A DNA stretch of 64,000 bases from Octopus vulgaris (taxonomy: Eukaryota). Of the stretch, positions 39,896-54,025 are shown in pieces (the stretch's first letter is position 1; the number at the start of each line of letters is the position of its first letter). Location of the stretch: NCBI GenBank assembly GCA_951406725.2, contig OX597815.1:66960001-67024000 (forward strand), read 5' to 3'. The position numbers and the translations under genes were made by a program. The notes below the pieces were generated by a model, which had not been told where the DNA came from, made no database searches, and was given only the letters and a program-made list of their open reading frames with translations.

Positions 39896-42285
39896 TATGC
39901 TGAAATGGGGAATAAATGAAATAAATAAATACAAATTTTAAAACTACAAAATATTTATTTTTAGTTATATTTGTGTCAAACTAGTTGAAAGAATTTTATT
40001 TCCAAATTGAAATTAAAAAGAAAAAAAAAAACTCATCATTTTCCACCTACACACCTGCTGAAAAAAAAAAAAACTTTAAATAAAAGACAGAAAGTTGGCT
40101 TTGATCAAATGATCTTGTTGGCTTTAGTTATAATAAAGTTGTGAATGTAGTGTCCTACTGACCTAAATAGTCAAAATAATTATATACCTAAATGATAGCC
40201 ATTGAAAACCAGAGCAACTGAACAATGTAACAAGGGAGACAATTCAGTTGTTGGCTCAAAATTTATATTGTTAACTGAAGGCAGGTAGCATTGGGTTCTA
40301 AAAGTAGTGGAATAGTAGTATTGAAGTAAATAACTTATAAAAGATTCTTGTTCAGAGAAAAAATAACCGAAAAGGGTATTATCCTCTAGAGATATTTACA
40401 GAAGTAATAACAAGGCGTTACTTGAACTATTCATGGAGTTAAAAGTACATCCTTTGTTAAGGATAACCACAATTATTATACTTAGGCTTAAATAAGAAAA
40501 TTGTCTCGTTGAACAAGAAAGCATTTAAAATATTAAGTTGTACGTAAATGACATTCTAATTTAACTTATATGACCTTTTTAAATACAAATATCAACAGCT
40601 TTACACACACACATTCATATATAAATACACATATATCATCGTCTTCATTTAATGTCCAATGTCCATGATGGCGGTTTCTCATTTCTTTATTGCCCAAATG
40701 GGGCTAAACATAGAGGGGACAAACAAGGACAAAGGGATTAAGTCGACTACATCAACCCCAGTATGTAACTGGTACTTATTCAATCGACCCCCAAAAGGAT
40801 GAAAGGCTAAGTCGACCTCGGCGGAATTTGAACTCAGAATGTAGTGGCAGACGAAATACCACTAAGCATTTCACTCAGCATGCTAACGTTTCTGCCAGCT
40901 TGCCGCCATAGAAACCATGCTGGATGCCCTTCCTAACTCCAATCACTTTGAGAGTGTAATGGGTGCTTTTGTGTGCCAGTTACATGACGGATCTTCTTAA
41001 GCATGGCATATCACCAAAGGTTTTAGTCATTAGTTGTTGCCTTCATGAAGCCCTCCTCCATATATATAACATATACACACACACACAACACACACGTGTG
41101 TGTGTATGTGTTTTTACTGAACAAATTGACCCCCAGGGCTTTATAGTTTTTTAAGCCTAGTACTTATTCTATCAGTCTCTTTTGCTGAACCACTAAGTTA
41201 TGGGGAAGTAAACACATTAACACTGGTTGTCAACCAGTGATGAGGAGACAAACATAGACACAAAATGCTTTTTTTCTGTCTACCAAATCAACTCACAATT
41301 CTTTGGTTGGCCTGAAGCTATAGTAGAAGGCACTTGCCCAAGGTGCCATGCAGTAGGTCAGAACCAAGAACCATGTGGTTGGAAAGCAAACTTCTTACTA
41401 CACAGCCAGGCCTATATATATTATACACACACATGTATACACGCACATGTATACATATATATATACACACACACATACACCCTTACATATACACATACAT
41501 ATATATACGCATATACACATACATATACACACATATAAATACATTTACATACATACACATAGTCAAAGCCATAGAAAATGGACATGGAATGATGATTATA
41601 TATATCTAATATAATAAATGCAAAAACTAATTTCTGTGTGTCAACGCGTCACACTTCAACCCCCTTTCTTACTAATCATTGACACTCCTACTATTGCTCA
41701 TATTGGGGTGAGAGTAACAGTAGGCATAAAGATAGTAGATTAATGGTTGTGATAGTAATGGGATGTTAGTAATAGTATTAGCTGTAGTTGTGATAGAGGC
41801 GGAGGCAATGGTAATGATTGTGGTGGTGGTAGCCGAAGAAGTCAAGGGCAATGGTGATAGTAAGCGATGTGAAAGACAGTGGTGATGGTGGTGGAGAGGA
41901 AGACAGTGAAGTCAAAGGTATTGATGGTGATGGCATCAGAAGTCTGAATGGTGTGTATATGGCAGTTGTGATGGTGATGGTTGAAAACAACAGAAAGAGA
42001 GGGAGAGAAAGAAACGGGTTAGACAGAAAAAAGAATTGTACTGACTGCTGAATGGGAAGACAAAAAATGTTTATCATGCAGCTTTGCAATAAATTCCAAG
42101 TTGACAAATTATATCATTGTTTTGATGAAAATTGTTCATTGCTTGAAAAATATTGGTCAAGTCTAATAAAAAATTTAATATGTGCTCAATGCATGAAGTA
42201 TCATTGTTGGGCCCAAGGCCTAATGAAGAGCCCTCCACAGGAGCTAGCTTAAAAGCTGCCCAATAGGGTGGCTTTAAGCTAGTAA

Positions 42286-42320
<35 letters not shown>

Positions 42321-42832
42321 TGCAAACAGCACATATACACTGAGTTCAAAACAAAGAAATTCATGACCATTCTCTTTTACTTCTCTTATGCTACTGATCT
42401 CTACCTTCTCCTCTTCCTATCCACACACACCATTTTGCACAGATCTAAATACAAAGTAACACACTACATACACCCATCCTTCCATATTGTTTAATTTATC
42501 TATGTATGATGTCATAATAGGCACAAGAACTGCCCATAGACCCCACGGATCCTTCTGTTTGATGTAAATTGGTAAATATCCATTCGCTAAATATTCAATA
42601 CAGCCAGAACACTAGTGGCACTTTTGCCCGAAGAAACGAACACATGTATTAATATTCCCCATAGAATACATGGATTTTGAAAATCATATTTGTAATATCC
42701 TGTGGATGGGGAATGCAACAACTGAAGCATAGAGTTTGTAGAAACGTATGTAGCATTGCATTAAAAGATCTATAAATTTCCATCCAAAAAGTTCTTACTA
42801 TACACACACATATATATATATATACACATATA

Positions 42833-43696
42833 TAGGGTGCAATGGGTAAATTGTCACCATCTTATATCTTTTATTTTGTGCATGCACATTATTTGCTTTT
42901 GATTTTGTTGACTACACAATATAGTAGGGTCAGTTGGGTACCATCTGTGAGAAAAACAGCACCATCATGCAATTCACTCTGCAAGAAATTTGGAAACGAC
43001 ATGCTGTACTGCTTGGCATTTGCGCTGGAAGCTCCAATACGAACATTTTAGAGTGTTTGGGTGTCAATCTGGGGATGTGTACCGAGAGTGATAAAAATCA
43101 AACACTTAGTCAACATCATGGTTTGGAGTGATCACTCGTGATGGCAACATTATGCCTCCATTCATCTTCCCACACAGCTTCACACTCAACAGAGGCCTAC
43201 ATCAAGTGCCTAGAGGAGGTAGTGCTGCTCTGGGTCAAGAGGGTGGCTGCTGGAAGACCCTATGTCTGGCAACAGGACTCTGCACCATTCCACACAAGCA
43301 GGAGACCCCAGTCATAGTTGTCAGATAATTTCTGCGACTACATAACCCCTAACATCTGGCCACATAACTCCCCAGACTACAACCTCCTTCATTATGTGTA
43401 GCAGAGTTGAGTGAGAGATCAACAAAACTCCTTGTAACACCAAAGATGACCTGAAGGCAAGGATTATGATAGTATTCATCAACTTAAAAAAGGAGACTGT
43501 CCAGAAGAGTTACAGGAAATTCTGAAGTCATCTGGAGACTGTGGTTGAAGCCAATGGTGATTTTATTGAATAAATTTACTCTTTACTATTTCAAGATATT
43601 TTAATGTAATTTTGGTAATTATATCTGTTAAAATGAGATGTCAGTGTTATTTTCCTTTTTGCATAATTTAGACAACAGTTTATTCACCACACCCTG
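42833..43696 (+). mobile_element. Internally deleted Tc1/mariner (maT/DD37D-like) transposon
   Basis: imperfect TIRs (t)agggtg...caccctg in TA context; remnant WVKRVAAGRPYVWQQDSAPFHTS...WPHNSPDYN. Confidence 0.8.
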
Positions 43697-44269
43697 TATA
43701 TATATATATATATATAAAACACATAAATATATACACGAACTGAATAGATAGGCCAGTAGTACAAAAATATAAAACAAGTCAAGAAGTATATGTCAAAGGA
43801 AAAGGTGAGATCAAAATATGCGGGAGTGGGAGAGGTTTAGAATTGAGGAGTCACTCCTACTCGTACATATTTTATATATATATTGTTTTCAGAATATTAT
43901 TTCCTTTTCTAAGTAAGGAATAACATATTTTACAGATTTCATCCATCTATGAAATGTAAACAAATGTGCATGCATGCAAACGCATTCTCACATATGCATG
44001 CACATGCATAAGTGTATATAAATATCTATGAATGCACACGCGCGTGTGCGCGCACACACACACACACACACACACATATAGCCTTCTACTATATCATAGG
44101 CCTACAAAAGCCTTGTAAGTAGATTTCGTAAAAGGAAACCGAAAGAAGATCAAAACCATATGTAAGATATTTGATGACAGATTTATGTCTATAAAAAAAA
44201 ACATATATAATAACAGATAATAAATTTATCATAAAATGCTATGAGGATAAAAATAAACCTTCTTTTCTA

Positions 44270-45330
44270 TAATGTTATTCAATAAAGCCACCTTTAGCTT
44301 CAACAACTGCTTCTATATGAGATCTAAACCATCTACATGCTTGAATCAAGTGGTCCTGGTTCATTTGGACTATGTGGAATCAAGTGGTCCTGGTTCATTA
44401 CTCTGACTATGGTAGTTTTCAAAGAATCTTTGGTGTTATGGGCGTGTTCATTGACCTCTCTCAACAATACTCCATATGTAATAGTCCAATGGATTGAGAT
44501 CTGGGGAATTAGGAGGCCAAATGTTAGGGGTTATGTGATCATGAAAATTTTCAGCCATCCATTCCTGTGTTACTAGAGCCGTGTGTGATAGTGCAGAGTC
44601 TTACTGAAATACATATGGCCTTCCATTGCATACACTGTCTATCCAGGGCTTAACAATTGTTTCCAGGACCTTAATGCAGGTGGCAGAGTTAACTCTAAGG
44701 CCTTGTGGAAAGAAGTAAGGAAGCATCATATGCTCTTCATTGCTGACAACCCCTAAAACTATGACAGTTGCAGGAAATTTTGTATGCATAACACTTGGAA
44801 CTTCAGAAGAGCCTGCGCATAACCCTCTGTCATTTCTTCTGTTAATTTCTTGATCTTGGTCGAAGTTTTTCTTGTTTGAGAAAAACCAAATCAAATCTTA
44901 TTCTGCTGGATTTTTCAGTTTGTTTAAGAACCTTTTAGATCTGATGTAGTGATTTTCTTTTGCTTTTTCTGACAACTTGACCTTTCCTCATCATAATAAC
45001 ACTTATATCTGATGTTTTCATAGACAATATTTCTGAGTGTTCTTTCTGACACAGGGAGATCTTTTGCAATTGACCTCATGGACTTGTAATCAATGGTCTG
45101 TTGAACTTGCTGGATAAGTTCAAGTGTTCTGATAATATCAGAGCGTTTAGAATACTTTTTATGCTTTGATACTGGTGATATGTTTTCATCTTCAGTCTCT
45201 AACTCCTTACAAACTTTGGCAACTTTTAAAAATCAAAGGTATTTCTAAATCGCTATGCTTAGCCTTTTATAACCCCAATAATAGCATGCCTCTTCATTTC
45301 TTGAGTAAGCTGAGGGTCTGCCATTATTTT
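44270..45330 (-). mobile_element. Second decayed maT-like Tc1/mariner transposon, opposite orientation
   Basis: FFSNKKNFDQDQEINRRNDR..TKFPATVIVLGVVS..KPWIDSVCNGRPYVFQ*DSA, plus WPPNSPDLNPLDY at ~44485-44523. Confidence 0.85.
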
Positions 45331-45350
45331 CTGAAACAAAGATTATGCAG

Positions 45351-45464
45351 AGTTAGCAAAAAGTGCAGCAATGACCAAGAAGGTATGTCCTCAAATATAT
45401 ATATATGGTGCATAAGGTATTTGAGGACATACCTTCTTGGTCATTGCTGCACTTTTTGCTAACT
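45351..45464. repeat. Perfect 47-bp inverted repeat with 20-nt loop
   Basis: 45351-45397 is the exact reverse complement of 45418-45464. Confidence 0.92.
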
Positions 45465-46618
45465 TTACCGACCCCAAATCGGTATGTATATATATCTTCC
45501 ACACGTGTATATATTATATATTCTTTTATTTTCTACTTGTTTCAGTCATTTGACTTGCGGCCATATTGGAGTACCGTCTTAAGGAACTTTAGTCTAAGAA
45601 ATCGACACCAAGACTTACTCTTTGTAAGCCTAGTACTTATTCTATAGATCCGAAGTTACAAGGACATAGACACATCAGCATTGGTTGTCAAGCGATGGTG
45701 GTGGGAGAAACAGACGTGTGTATATATATATATATATATACGACGGGCGTCTTTCAGTTTCCGTCTACCAAATTCGCCCACAAGGCTTTGGTCTATAGTA
45801 GAAGACATTTGCGCAAGATTCAAGTGCTTCAATTTTATGTATATATGCTATTTTCTATCATTAATAAAACTGTCGGCATTTATGAGTATGCTAGTATGTA
45901 TGTGTGTGTGTGTATATATATATATATAAATTTTCGACAGGGAAAAACGACATAATCGTTTCGTTCCGAGTTTTATCTGAAAGGTATTCGTTAAGGTGTA
46001 ATGTTTGCCTGGTTAAGATGTTACGTTTACCTGTCATAAAACTGAGAAGGACATGCGAGATATTAATAGCAACATGTAGCTATGATAATGAAAAGTTCTA
46101 CAGTTAATCAGAGAAACCTCTTTTTAGATGCACCAAGGTACTACGAACAGTGAGAAGAGGTAGCAGCAATAGGTGTAAGCCAATAGGTGTGGTATTATTA
46201 CAGCACTATTTCTGTCTGCTGACCGAAACACATATATATAACCAAATATTATTTCAACAACAACAGAAAGCACCATTATTAACAAACTACAAACATCCCT
46301 GTAGAGGATAAAGTAAAGAATTTATTACACATACACATATTTTTATGTCTTAGTAAATTATATGACATCTCATAAAAAAGGAATGCAATGAAAATTCCCA
46401 TGAGAGATTTCAATCTCGTTAATGTATATTTTCATTGATAGATCGTCGTCGTCTGCACATAAGATTTTTATCACAATTTGGACATGACTTAAGAGTACGA
46501 GTTGTTGTAAATTAAACGAATGAAATATAATTAATGACAGTTCAAACAACAGTAATAGAAATGTAATAAACATTGAAATAACGATAATAAGAGATATATA
46601 GAGATGTATTTGTCTCAC

Positions 46619-46700
46619 CTGAATGTTTTTGTTATTTAAACTCAGCCTCCATCTTGTTCTTTGACCGAAATAGCAAATCTCGCAACAAACACTGCCAAAT
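46619..46700 (-). other. MICU1: Probable non-coding first exon of MICU1 (5' end approximate)
   Basis: strong donor CAG|gtgaga at 46618 beside a CpG-containing promoter; the acceptor just before the MICU1 ATG requires an upstream exon. Confidence 0.6.
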
Positions 46701-46790
46701 CTCGCGAGTGACAAACGTAATTTAGTTCCTTTGGCGCGTTTCTTACTCAGATTCGCGCCAGCTCTTCAGTAGGACGTTCGCTCTTGTAGT
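46676..46790. promoter_or_regulatory. Putative bidirectional MICU1/PCNA promoter with E2F sites
   Basis: TTTGGCGCG 46730-46738, TTCGCGCCA 46752-46760, TCTCGCGAG 46700-46708; local CpG enrichment in a CpG-poor background. Confidence 0.75.
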
Positions 46791-46877
46791 GCTTGCTGTC
46801 ATCTGTTAGAGAAAAAGCCTGTCTAGGAAGTCACTTTGAATTTCTTTTGTAGTTAAAAAGATAAATTAACAAACTAA

Positions 46878-47105
<228 letters not shown>

Positions 47106-47811
47106 TAAGTGACTATAATTGTCCTCCCCCCCTTTCCGAGCCTCCATCTGTTATGGCAAATTTCGAAATAACTTGTATAATGGAAAGTTCATTTATAGTT
47201 GAGGTTTTATTTTATAGGTTTATAAAACCTATAGTTGAGGTTTTATTTTATTTATAAGTCAAAATATCAAATCGTCGTCCATTACTATTATATTAAACAA
47301 AGACCTGCTCAACTTATACGAAGGCTGAAAGAAAATCCTCCAGAGGAGCTTGCTTTCTAGATATATATACGATTGGATCTTTCATATAACTATGAGATTA
47401 AAAAAAGACTTCCTATAAATAAGATCAGTGCAATTTCAATAGCTAATCTAATTGCATAGTTAATGTCTCAGTTAATTGAAGTTCCACTCACTTTATAACA
47501 GATGCAAGACTCTTCTCCTTACTTATGTTAAATTTTGACGGACTTTTGTATTTAAAAATTCTATCATTAGAAAATATAAATTAAAACCTGAAATTGAGTA
47601 AACTTCTGCGTTGAGAATCATCGAGTGAAGTTCGTTTCATATCGTACGCCGCAGGGTGACAATCCTGACATTTGGAACTAAGCTTTGTCAGAGAGGAATT
47701 ATTTGATAAGATAATTAGTTATTATGAACCCAATTAAAAAAAAATACTCCTAATAACATTGATTTACCAGACATCTGGTTTTTCAATAAGAGCGAATTAG
47801 TTTGGCCCTAA

Positions 47812-47841
47812 ATTTACCCGCCATTTAAGATTCGCGCCAAA
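47812..47841. promoter_or_regulatory. Intronic E2F-like sites in PCNA intron 1
   Basis: TTCGCGCCAAA at 47831-47841 preceded by tttacccgccat. Confidence 0.55.
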
Positions 47842-48588
47842 TCCCAACCTTGAAGTCATTGGCTTATTATAATCGTACTTATAGAGAAGAAACGAAGGGT
47901 GAAATATATTTTACTTCTAGAGAAGAAATGAAGGATGAAATATATTTTTCTTAGTTTAATGAATTACCGACAACACTTTTTAAAAATTTAGCATAGTAGT
48001 TATTTCGTTAACTTAATATTAATCTTCTTTCATTGTTTTTAGATTTTTTTAATTGTTAATCTTTTAGCAATACGCAAAGGGTTTAAAATTAATTATTGAA
48101 TCCCCTCTGAACGTAGATATTTGTCACAAATTCTACATAAAATGAAATCTGATACTGACATTGTGTTAAAAAGAGTTTACTTATCCATTAAGAATTTGAG
48201 TTATGTGCCATTTTGTCAGAGCTTTATTTACGTATGATGTAAACACAATTTATGATGTAACTCATTTTCCTAACAGTTCACGCTCATTTCAGTTTTATGT
48301 TATATTCAAAGTGTGGAGGAATTCTAAAATATAAGAATAGTTGGGGGATTATATGGGGTGCTTAAAACAGAATTCTGCCCAAAGTGTAAGTCTCAAAAAT
48401 AGGGAATACGGAAATGAGGGAAATGCTCAGGCATTTATTCTTGAGAATTATTTTAATGCGAAATTTAATAAATTTTGATATGTAAGTTATAATTGCTCTA
48501 AAACTGCTATTCATAAATTAGCGATTCAGTGGCGTGTATTATTAGTTCTAGCCAACAAAGTATTATAAATTTCCTATATGCTAGAAAT

Positions 48589-49089
48589 GGCATAACTACG
48601 GATTCCTGCCCCTCACCCCCCGATTCTAGATGATCATAACTTTAGGAAAAATGGATATTTTTTAATGAAATTTTCTACGAATATGTATTATGTAGATTCC
48701 AAATATACAAAACTTTTGGGGAAAGTATTTTAGGAGGAGGGTGGAGAATTTTGGAAAATTCACCGGCGTCCATTCAATTCGTCTTAACTTTAGAGAAAAT
48801 AGATATTTTTAAATGAAATTTTCTACAAATATATCTTGGACTATGTAGATTCCGACAACATAGGGGGTTACCTTTGAGGACCGTTCTCCACTCGGGTTGT
48901 TTCGGAGCAAGTCGTCCATATTTGTTTCGTTTTCTCCGGTTTGTGCATCCGTAGATTCCTACTGAAGCAGCAGGTAATAAAGCTGTCACCAGAAAACTCG
49001 TCACGCTAAAGATACTAGCTAAAGATCTAAACGTTTCTAACAGAAAAACATTGAATAGAATAATTCCCCGTTTGAACTTTTTTAATTAC

Positions 49090-49120
<31 letters not shown>

Positions 49121-49568
49121 AGGACAAGAATTCTACGGATGCACAAAACGGAGAAAATGAAACAAATATGGACGACTTGTTCTGAAAGACTCCCGAGTGG
49201 GGAACGGTCCTCAAATGTAACCCCCAATTGTCCCCCCCCCAAATTCCTATGTTTTCGGAATCTACATAGTCCGAGGTATATTTGTAGATAATTTCATTAA
49301 AAAATATCGGTTAATGTTTATTTTCATTTCCGGGTCAAGATGTAAACATTAACCAAAATATCTATTTTCTTGAAAGTTAAGACGAATTGAAGCGGACGCC
49401 GGTGAATTTTTCGAAATTCCCCACCCCACTCCCTCTTAAAGCACTTTCCCCCAAAAGTTTTGTATATTCGGAATCTACATGATATATTCGTAGAAAATTT
49501 CATTAAAGAAATATCCATTTTTCTGAAAGTTATCCAAAGTCGGTGGGGCAGGAATCTGTAGTTATGCT
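48589..49568. mobile_element. Long-TIR fold-back DNA transposon derivative with 8-bp TSD
   Basis: arms ~48589-48960 and ~49127-49568 are reverse complements; CTAGAAAT at 48581-48588 and 49569-49576. Confidence 0.88.
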
Positions 49569-49824
49569 CTAGAAATAGCAACTAAATCTTTCTCAGCCCT
49601 TATCTTCATGTGGAAAGTAACGTAGATGTTTGAAAATAAGATATTGTCACAGCTGGAATGTCTTCGGTCATAGGTTTGATAAGTCGAGACAAATAAAATT
49701 GGTAATTTGGATGTTTGCTACTCAAAGTGAGCTTCTTAACCATAGCCGCCACCCTTGCGCCTATGACATTTAATTAAGCTGATACTAATTACTTTGATAC
49801 AGTTCTGTATGATTTTTGTCCTGA

Positions 49825-50034
<210 letters not shown>

Positions 50035-50135
50035 TGATCTTTGTAATAAAAGCTGTTAATTCACCACCAGTCTTTCTTTTAAGGATAGCCCTTGAAAGGC
50101 ATTGGAACTAGGAGTTGTCAACTGATCAGTTGATA

Positions 50136-50166
<31 letters not shown>

Positions 50167-50478
50167 CATCATTTTTATGAAAATAAATCCAATTTAATGA
50201 GAATCATAACAATTCAACGTCTGTTTTCCTTACTGGCATGAGTTGGACATTTTGATATGAGCTGACAAACTAAGGACTGCACCAAAACTAGTTTCTGCTT
50301 TGACTTGGTGTCTATAGCTTCATGCCCTTCCTAGCATTAATCACTTTACAGAATATACTGAGTGCATGTACAAAAGAGGGACAAATAGGTGTCTTGCTAT
50401 AGAGGATATATATGGATACTTAAGTTAAACTAGAAAAGTTGGTAGGGAAAATGTGTCAGGATGTACCCTTGTATCAGG

Positions 50479-50940
50479 TAGAAATGTAAGAACTCTTAGG
50501 ATTAAGATAAAAAATAACTAGATTTTATTTTTGAACAAGTTGAAAACAAACTGAATTTGATTGGATCTTTCATATAACTATGAGATTAAAAAAAAAACTT
50601 CCTATAAATAAGATCAGTGCAATTTCAATAGTTAATCTAATTGCATAGTTAGCTTCATGTGGAAAGATAGAAATGTAAGAACTCTTAGGATTAAGATAAA
50701 AAATAACTAGATTTTATTTTTGAACAAGTTGAAAACAAACTGAATTTGATTGGATCTTTCATATAACTATGAGATTAAAAAAAAAACTTCCTATAAATAA
50801 GATCAGTGCAATTTCAATAGTTAATCTAATTGCATAGTTAGCTTCATGTGGAAAGATAAAAATGTAAGAACTCTTAGGATTAAGATAAAAAATAATTAGC
50901 TTTTATTTTTGAACAAGTTGTTGAAAACAAACTGAATTTG
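50479..50940 (+). repeat. 189-bp tandem repeat, ~2.4 copies
   Basis: units start at 50479, 50668 and 50857. Confidence 0.92.
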
Positions 50941-51318
50941 GTGGTCTTTCAGAGAATAGATTTCCTAAATTTTTTGCCAACATGTTAAAAAAAAATTTTT
51001 TTAGAGGTGTGTTGTGCATATCAAATACATATTTGTAATTGGTAGGCAAAAACACAAATCTCAGTTGATTGAAGGTTTTCAGTTCAATATTTTACATATG
51101 TGAGCCCCTAGTTATGTCCCTTATGTCAGCTAATAAGTACAGTTGGTATAATTCTTCAATATCCTTACGTTTTAAGTTCAGTATGTGGAGAGCCAGAATA
51201 AATACAAGGTATTTTGTTTGATGTTCTAAGAATTCTACCTATACACTACCCTTAATAAGTGACAATGAATTAAACAAGTAATTTTATTTGGTCCTGTATT
51301 TTTCTTCCTATTTCACAG

Positions 51319-51386
51319 ATCAAGAAAAAGTCTCTGATTATGAAATTAAATTGATGGACATTGATTCTGAACATTTAGGTATTCCT
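51319..51386 (+). CDS. PCNA: PCNA exon 3
   Basis: ttcacag/gtgagt, 68 nt; (N)[22 protein letters not shown] (interdomain connector loop). Confidence 0.98.
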
Positions 51387-52306
51387 GTGAGTATTTTAGG
51401 TTGAAACTTTTAACTGATAAAATAAATGAATACATGTAAAGAAATAGCTGTAACATTGGCTGTCATTTGTAAATATTTGTAGGAACACTTTATGGTAATC
51501 CTTTTTCAGTGTACAAGAACTGATCGTTAATAATCACAATAAGTAACTGTTAGTCAATAATAGCCACATTAATTTCAGTAGAAACATCTCTGAATTAAAC
51601 AGTTCATAAGACATTACAGTAAGTGTATGTTAGTTACTGTAATCTGCCATGTTGCAGTGGAGTTTCCAGAACTCTGCAGTCTTTAAAAAAAGAAAAACAC
51701 TTGCCAGTTAACCAAGATATTAAAGTCTAATGTATTGGTGGTCTATAGCAGTTCTTAAGTATTAAGAGTTCACGAATATCATTAATACTGCTGGAGATGT
51801 GCTGACAACACGAAAAGTATTAACAAGCACTTAAATGTGTCTTGAAATTGAAAAATTTGGGATTTCTCTGAGCTAAAAGTTGATTTGTATTTATAGCAGC
51901 AAATAAGAACAAACATGGCTGTGTGCTTGACAGGCTTGCTTCCCAACCATATGGTCTCAGGTTCAGTCCCACTGTGACATCTTATGCAAGTATTTTCTGT
52001 AGCCCTTGGGGTCAACTAAAGAGTAAAGTTAGGATGAAACTGAAAGAAGCCCTCGTGTGTGTATGTGTACCCTTGTCTTGATATGTGATAGTTGTGAACA
52101 AGCATCATTGTCATACAAGTGCTGATGTTTGTTTCCAATCTGCCACGAAAATATTGCAGCTTTGGAGACATTTGCTTGCAAATAGACAAGGTTTAGCAAA
52201 AAGGAGGACATGTAGAAAATTTTCAACAAATTTTGTCTGACCTGTGTAAGCATTGGCAAAGAAGTTAAATGATAATTATAATGAAATTTAAGAACAAGGA
52301 ATTTGA

Positions 52307-52678
<372 letters not shown>

Positions 52679-52771
52679 TAATGTGAGGTGAATAGTAATT
52701 AAGTTGGCTATAAGTAACTCTGAAAATGCACTCAAATATATGTCAATATCATTCACAAATATTTAACTTAA

Positions 52772-52888
<117 letters not shown>

Positions 52889-54025
52889 ATATAAAACAGT
52901 TTCTGGAAGAAAATTCTATAGAAAAATGCTTTAACAACTAATGAAGCAACCTGAACTTGTTCTAGCCACAAGTTATTGAAGACCTTTTCTCTGACTATTT
53001 TAGTAATTAATCACTTAAGCACTAATTCGTCCATTATTACTTTCTCTCACTACTTTCATATGTATATAGTGTCTTTTTACCTATTGAACAATAGGGTATG
53101 CACAGTTTGTTTTTAATGAATTAGGGTTGTCAATAATACAAACCTCTAATTTGGTCTCCTCCCCTTAGAGATTCGTTTGTGGCATTGTTCATTATGGGGG
53201 CTTGTTAGTGGGTGTAATTAAGTTCAGCATGCGTTATCCTGCCCTAGCCTGAAAAAGGTGGGTGGTTAAGAATTACAAAGTCAATATCTTAATGAAAATT
53301 TGTTTTTATCCTGCTAATCGTGATAAACTACCATTCAGTCTTCAGACTAAGAACACTTAAAAGGAAATCATTATTATTAAGGTGATGGGCTAGAAAAATT
53401 GTTAGTATTGGTCAAAGTACTTAGTGGCATTTTTTCTGGTTCTTTACATTCAAATTCCAGAGGTCAACTTAACCTTTCATCCTTTTGGGGTCAATACATT
53501 TTAGGACCAGTAAAATACTGGAATCAATGTAACTGAGTTGCCTTCCCCTCAAAATTGCTAGCCTTGTTCCAAAATTAGAATTATTGCTATAAGAGTGGCA
53601 GGTTGATAAAACAGCAGTGTTGAGACTAAATTTAGTCTTTAGTTCTATTTTAACTCTGCATTGGCTGATGAGATTAGTACCAGTTATATACTGAGGTGAT
53701 TTGTACTTGATTCTAATGTGATTAGCTTGTCATCAACAAACCAGTTGTGATCTTGTTTTGGTTTGTCAAGTTGCGGGATGTTTCATTTTTAACTGGAGAA
53801 GATGTTTTAATCTTGTCCCAGTCTTTTATTACTGCCAATCCTACTCATCAAAATATAGGTTCTCCCTTCCACAAAATTGACCCTGGAACATAACCTTTCA
53901 TAAATATTCAGTTTTTGTGTGTTTGATTCAAACTACATACATTCAAAGTAGAGTAGAAGCCTTATGGAATTGAGGAATTCTCCCACATGATAAAAAAAAC
54001 AAAAAACTTTTACAAAACTCATGCA

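Noticed and set aside
41227-42370. Cluster of overlapping ORFs (His/Thr/Tyr-rich and Gly/Asp-rich)
   Set aside because: Derived from (CA/TA)n and (GGT/GAT)n low-complexity sequence and SINE remnants
46370-46714. 114-aa minus-strand ORF over the promoter
   Set aside because: Non-ATG start, runs through the splice donor into AT-rich intron, low-complexity composition
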